Assembly (NCBI GenBank): GCA_002304845.1
Contig: DBPM01000017.1
Span: 1,198 to 29,141 of the forward strand
Reading direction: 5' to 3'
Origin: Candidatus Shapirobacteria bacterium UBA1420
GTDB taxonomy: Bacteria > Patescibacteriota > Microgenomatia > UBA12405
DNA length: 27,944 nucleotides
The position numbers were made by a program, and so were the translations under genes. Below, in pieces: positions 24,308 to 27,944 of this stretch. The notes under the pieces were generated by a model. That model saw nothing but the letters and a program-made list of their open reading frames with translations, searched no databases and was not told where the DNA came from. The stretch's first letter is position 1; every line of letters starts with the position of its first letter.

Positions 24308-25888
24308 TTACATCTTTTTCACCGTCTCAATTCCCAACAGTTCTAGCCCTTGTTTTAAAATACTGGCCGTACTTTCAGTTAAAAAGAGACGATTAGCTTC
24401 TTCTTTTTCCCCAATAATTCGATTTTTAGCATAAAATTCATTATAACTTCTGGCTAAATTCAACAGATATTCCGCTAATACTGACGGTGCAAATCTGTCA
24501 GCTGCTTCAACAATCTTTTCTTCGAATTTATAAAACTCCCTCAATAAATTCATCTCCTCCTCGTTCCAATTCTCTTTTTCTGGTTTCTTGTTTCTAACAT
24601 CTAGTTTCTTCTTTGCCATAACACTCACACATCTAGCATAAGTATATTGCAGATAAGGTCCTGAGTTTCCCTCCATACTCATCACTCTCTGCCAGTCAAA
24701 AACAATATCTTTTTTGGGGTCTTGAGCCAAATCATTAAATTTAATCGCACCGATGGCTACCGCTTTAATTTGCTCCTGACTGTTATTTGGTGCGATTTTT
24801 TTCGCCTCTTCCATAGCCCTATCAATCACTTCAGATAAGTGAATTGTTTCGCCTTTTCTGGTCGAGAACTTACCACCTTCCCAACGAATTAAACCGTGAG
24901 CTACATGATAAAAATCATTAGTAAACCCCAGTTTTTTAGCCGTTTCAAATAATTGTCGGCAATGCAGGCTTTGATCCGCTCCAATTTCGTAAATCATTAA
25001 GTCCGGATTCCAGGTTTCAACCCTATACTTAATCGTGGCTAAATCTCTGGTGAAATAAGTAGTGGTACCGTTAGATTTTTCCACCATCGCCGGTGGCATA
25101 TTTTTAAATTCAACAATTTTGGCTCCCTGACTCTCTTTAATTAAATTTTTATTAACCAACATTTCAACTACCGCCGGCATTTTATCTTCATAAAACGATT
25201 CTCCGTAAGCGTAGTCAATTTTTACTCCCAGCAAATCATAAATTTTATTAAATTCTTTCAGAGAAATCTCCACACATTTTTGCCAAATACTTTTGGCTTC
25301 AGTGTCTCCTTTTTCTAATTTTAAAAACCAATTCCTCCCTTCTCCCACTAAATTTTCATCTTTTTTTGCCTCTTGGTGAAATTTCACATACAGCTTTTCC
25401 AAATCTTCTACAGTCATCCTATCCACTGCCGTTTTACCCCATTTTTTAATCGCTACAATCAATTTTCCAAACTGGGTTCCCCAATCTCCCAAATGATTGT
25501 CGCCGATACATTTCCATCCCAAAATTTCATAAAGATTATAAATTGCCTGACCAATATTGGTAGACCGCAAATGTCCAATTCCAAAAGCTTTGGCGATATT
25601 GGGAGCACTATAATCAATTACCATAGTTTTATTTTTACCCCTGGCCAAATCTTTTTTAAATTTTCCATCCTTTATTTTTTGAGCTCTATCTATCAACACC
25701 TCTGGACTTAAATATATATTGGTAAAACCGGCCACAAATTCCACCTTATCCACTAGATCGCTGTTAGTTAATTTAACCTCACTACCGGTCCTCACCGAAA
25801 AATCTCCAAATTTTTTGTCGGCCGGATGTTCTAATCGACCCTCAACTTTGTTTTTCCGAAGCCAATCTTGAATTTTATTTCTAATCAT
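24308..25888 (-). CDS. argS: Arginine-tRNA ligase with a shortened N-terminal domain
   Basis: IDYSAPNIAK.FGIGHLRS, NHLGDWGTQFG, KFSTRKG, GPYLQYTYAR, LGIETVKKM. Confidence 0.96.
   Translation of the reverse strand: MIRNKIQDWLRKNKVEGRLEHPADKKFGDFSVRTGSEVKLTNSDLVDKVEFVAGFTNIYLSPEVLIDRAQKIKDGKFKKDLARGKNKTMVIDYSAPNIAKAFGIGHLRSTNIGQAIYNLYEILGWKCIGDNHLGDWGTQFGKLIVAIKKWGKTAVDRMTVEDLEKLYVKFHQEAKKDENLVGEGRNWFLKLEKGDTEAKSIWQKCVEISLKEFNKIYDLLGVKIDYAYGESFYEDKMPAVVEMLVNKNLIKESQGAKIVEFKNMPPAMVEKSNGTTTYFTRDLATIKYRVETWNPDLMIYEIGADQSLHCRQLFETAKKLGFTNDFYHVAHGLIRWEGGKFSTRKGETIHLSEVIDRAMEEAKKIAPNNSQEQIKAVAIGAIKFNDLAQDPKKDIVFDWQRVMSMEGNSGPYLQYTYARCVSVMAKKKLDVRNKKPEKENWNEEEMNLLREFYKFEEKIVEAADRFAPSVLAEYLLNLARSYNEFYAKNRIIGEKEEANRLFLTESTASILKQGLELLGIETVKKM
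24576..24610 (-). repeat. Five tandem heptamers (consensus NAGAAAC) inside argS
   Basis: Minus strand AAGAAAC TAGATGT TAGAAAC AAGAAAC CAGAAAA, encoding KKLDVRNKKPE. Confidence 0.7.
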
Positions 25889-26220
25889 TAAAAAACTTTA
25901 CTCCCATTGTCTAAATCTTTATCTAATAGCAAAATAGACATATCATCTCCGTTTTCAGCTCCAAAAATCATTGCCTGACTCTCTTCCCCCATAATTTTTT
26001 TAGGTACCATATTGACTACAAATACTGTTTTTTTATTAATCAGTTCCTCCGGTTGATACCATTTTTTAATTCCTGAAAAAACTATTCTTTCTCCTAATTC
26101 TTTCCCAAAATCCACCACTAATCTAATCAATTTCTCTGAGCCTTCAACCGCTTGGGCTTCTTTGATTTCGCCAATTCTAAATTCCACTTTAGCAAAATCA
26201 TCATAATTTATTAACTCCAT
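25888..26220 (-). CDS. Stand-alone tRNA-binding OB-fold protein (MetRS C-terminal/Trbp111/CsaA family), 110 aa
   Basis: INYDDFAKVEFRIGEI..A..VEGSEKL.RL.VDFG, R.VFSGI, ESQAMI. Start moved to ATG 26220 because TG-T-TAAAAT lies 5 nt upstream. Confidence 0.9.
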   Translation of the reverse strand: MELINYDDFAKVEFRIGEIKEAQAVEGSEKLIRLVVDFGKELGERIVFSGIKKWYQPEELINKKTVFVVNMVPKKIMGEESQAMIFGAENGDDMSILLLDKDLDNGSKVF

Positions 26221-26259
26221 GGCTAATTTTAACATTCTCCTTGTGATATCCTTTAACAT
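26221..26259. promoter_or_regulatory. Divergent extended -10 promoters in a 39-bp gap
   Basis: Minus strand: TG-T-TAAAAT (26226-26234). Plus strand: TG-A-TATCCT (26244-26252), 7 nt before ATG 26260. Confidence 0.6.
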
Positions 26260-27621
26260 ATGACCCAACTAGACACTTCTATTTTCAAATCTTACGACAT
26301 TCGAGCTATTTACCCCGATCAAGCCGATGAAGCTCTGGCTGAAAAAATTGGTCGAGCTTTTGCCAAATATTTAAATTTTCCCGACAAAGTTTTGGTGGCT
26401 CGTGACGGTCGTATTTCTGGTGAGTCCATGAAAAACGCCCTAATTACCGGCCTAACCAAGGTTGGTGTTAATGTCTTAGACATTGATTTGGCCTCCACTG
26501 ATTCTTTTTATTATGCTTGTCAAACCCGCAATCTTCCCGGTGTTTCCGTTACTGCCAGTCACAATCCCAAACAATACACTGGTTTCAAAATGGTCAAAAA
26601 AATCCCTGAACTGTTATCGGGTGAAGCCGGTATCAAGGAAATTAAGGAATGGATTTTAAGTAATGATTTACCTGCCGATAGTCCCCAACCCGGCATGGTG
26701 GAACACGAGGATATTAAACAAGAATTTGTTGATTATGTGGCCTCTTTAGTCGATCTCTTTCAAGTTAAACCCATGAAAATTGTGGCCGACACCGCCAATG
26801 GTATGGTCGGTCCTTTTTTGGAAATTCTCTCTAAAAAAATTCCTCAAGTCGAATTTATTAAAATGTATTGGGAGGTGGACGGTAATTTTCCCAACCACGG
26901 TGGCGACCCGCTTTTAGCCGAAAATAGGGCAGAAATACAAAAGAAAGTTCCGGAAATTAAGGCTGATTTAGGGATTATGTTTGACCCGGATGGTGATCGT
27001 TTTTTTGTGATTGACAAAAAAGGTCGTTTTATTTCCGGTGATTTCATGACCGCTATTTTATCCGAATATTTTCTCAAACGTTATCCGGGTTGCGCTATTG
27101 TCTATGATATTCGCGCTTCTAAGGTTGTTCCCGAGACCATCAATAAAAATGGTGGCAAAGCTCTCGCCAATCGTGTCGGTCATACCCACATCAAAGCTCG
27201 CATGAAGGCAGAAAATGCCTATTTTGGCGGTGAAGTCTCTGGCCATTATTACTTCAAAGATTTTTTCCTTTGTGATACCGGCTTAACCACCTTTGTCTAT
27301 CTTTTGGATTTCCTCTCTCATACTCCAGTACCCTTGGAAGAAATTGTTGACCATATGAGCCAAAAGTACCATATCTCCGGTGAAATTAATTCTACTGTGG
27401 CTGATGCTACTGCCGTTTTGAAAAAACTAGAAAATACCTACGGTCCCCAGGCTATAGCCCCCATTGAATACATGGATGGGGTCACCTTTGAAATGGGGGA
27501 TTGGCGTTTTAATGTTCGTTCTTCCAATACCGAGCCCTTACTCCGACTTAATCTTGAAGCCAATTCACCTGAACTAATGGCTACCAAACGTGATGAAGTT
27601 TTGGCTTTAATTCGTTCTTAA
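26260..27621 (+). CDS. Phosphomannomutase/phosphoglucomutase
   Basis: IFKSYDIRA, TASHNP (phospho-Ser), FDPDGDR (metal loop), GGEVSGH, R.SNTEPLLRLNLEA. Confidence 0.94.
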   Translation: MTQLDTSIFKSYDIRAIYPDQADEALAEKIGRAFAKYLNFPDKVLVARDGRISGESMKNALITGLTKVGVNVLDIDLASTDSFYYACQTRNLPGVSVTASHNPKQYTGFKMVKKIPELLSGEAGIKEIKEWILSNDLPADSPQPGMVEHEDIKQEFVDYVASLVDLFQVKPMKIVADTANGMVGPFLEILSKKIPQVEFIKMYWEVDGNFPNHGGDPLLAENRAEIQKKVPEIKADLGIMFDPDGDRFFVIDKKGRFISGDFMTAILSEYFLKRYPGCAIVYDIRASKVVPETINKNGGKALANRVGHTHIKARMKAENAYFGGEVSGHYYFKDFFLCDTGLTTFVYLLDFLSHTPVPLEEIVDHMSQKYHISGEINSTVADATAVLKKLENTYGPQAIAPIEYMDGVTFEMGDWRFNVRSSNTEPLLRLNLEANSPELMATKRDEVLALIRS

Positions 27622-27624
27622 TTT

Positions 27625-27944
27625 ATGAACAAAAAATATCTGATTTTAGCTATTTTTTTGGCGCTTCTGTTACCTCTACTGGCTTATTTTTACCTTAGTT
27701 CTCAATATAAAAAAATGGTGGTAGTATCTAATCGACCTGAAATTATTACTCCCACCCTCACTCCCACTCCTGATCCCAATCGTTCTTTTTCTGTTTTACT
27801 TTTAGGTTTCGGTGGTCCCGGACATGAAGGACCATTTTTGACCGATTCTATCATTCTTGCCAGAGTTAATCCTAAACTTGAAAGTGTTGATTTAATTTCT
27901 GTCCCCAGAGATTTGTGGGTTTCTATTCCGATTAGTGACACCGC
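27625..27944 (+). CDS. LCP (LytR-CpsA-Psr) family protein, 5' part, truncated by the window edge and missing from the ORF track
   Basis: MNKKYLILAIF (TM), TPTLTPTP linker, VLLLGFGG..HEG..LTDSIILA..NP....LISVPRDLWVSIP. Confidence 0.9.
   Translation, partial: MNKKYLILAIFLALLLPLLAYFYLSSQYKKMVVVSNRPEIITPTLTPTPDPNRSFSVLLLGFGGPGHEGPFLTDSIILARVNPKLESVDLISVPRDLWVSIPISDT

Noticed and set aside
429-27246. Numerous short nested or antisense ORFs in the track (e.g. 429-701, 698-901, 1017-1301, 5814-6086, 10395-10667, 11423-11731, 12790-13092, 17053-17436, 23500-23745, 24117-24434, 25373-25711)
   Set aside because: All lie within or mostly overlap well-supported genes in another frame or strand, with no motifs or start signals.
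27702-27941. 79-aa minus-strand ORF
   Set aside because: Shadow of the clear plus-strand LCP gene starting at 27625.

Overview
AT-rich, densely packed bacterial chromosome segment using genetic code 11 (TGA acts as stop). Gene content, compact proteins and Pro/Thr-rich surface proteins suggest a Candidate Phyla Radiation (Patescibacteria, Microgenomates-like) genome; this is inference. Most genes are housekeeping: a probable recJ 3' end, aspS, a D,D-carboxypeptidase, gltX, trmD, rmlA, pyk, tRNA-Gln(CUG), dus, trxA, obgE, era, lon, argS, a Trbp111-like protein, a phosphomannomutase and an LCP 5' end. Two accessory loci stand out. (1) At 15587-15979 a minimal cassette places a small GIY-YIG nuclease gene between the apparent tRNA promoter and the intact tRNA-Gln. 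It is flanked by duplicated tRNA 5' ends, each interrupted at the same D-stem position by an identical 32-nt double hairpin. (2) At 6995-10202 three coupled genes look like the shaft, tip and membrane anchor of a TasA/CalY-like donor-strand filament. Other signals are a -10 box 5-8 nt before about 15 start codons (leaderless architecture), a variant CIRCE over the lon promoter, a pyruvate kinase lacking its lid (B) domain, shared heptamer repeats inside trmD and argS, and an unannotated 56-aa ORF. All protein calls come from motif recognition by eye; no searches were run.
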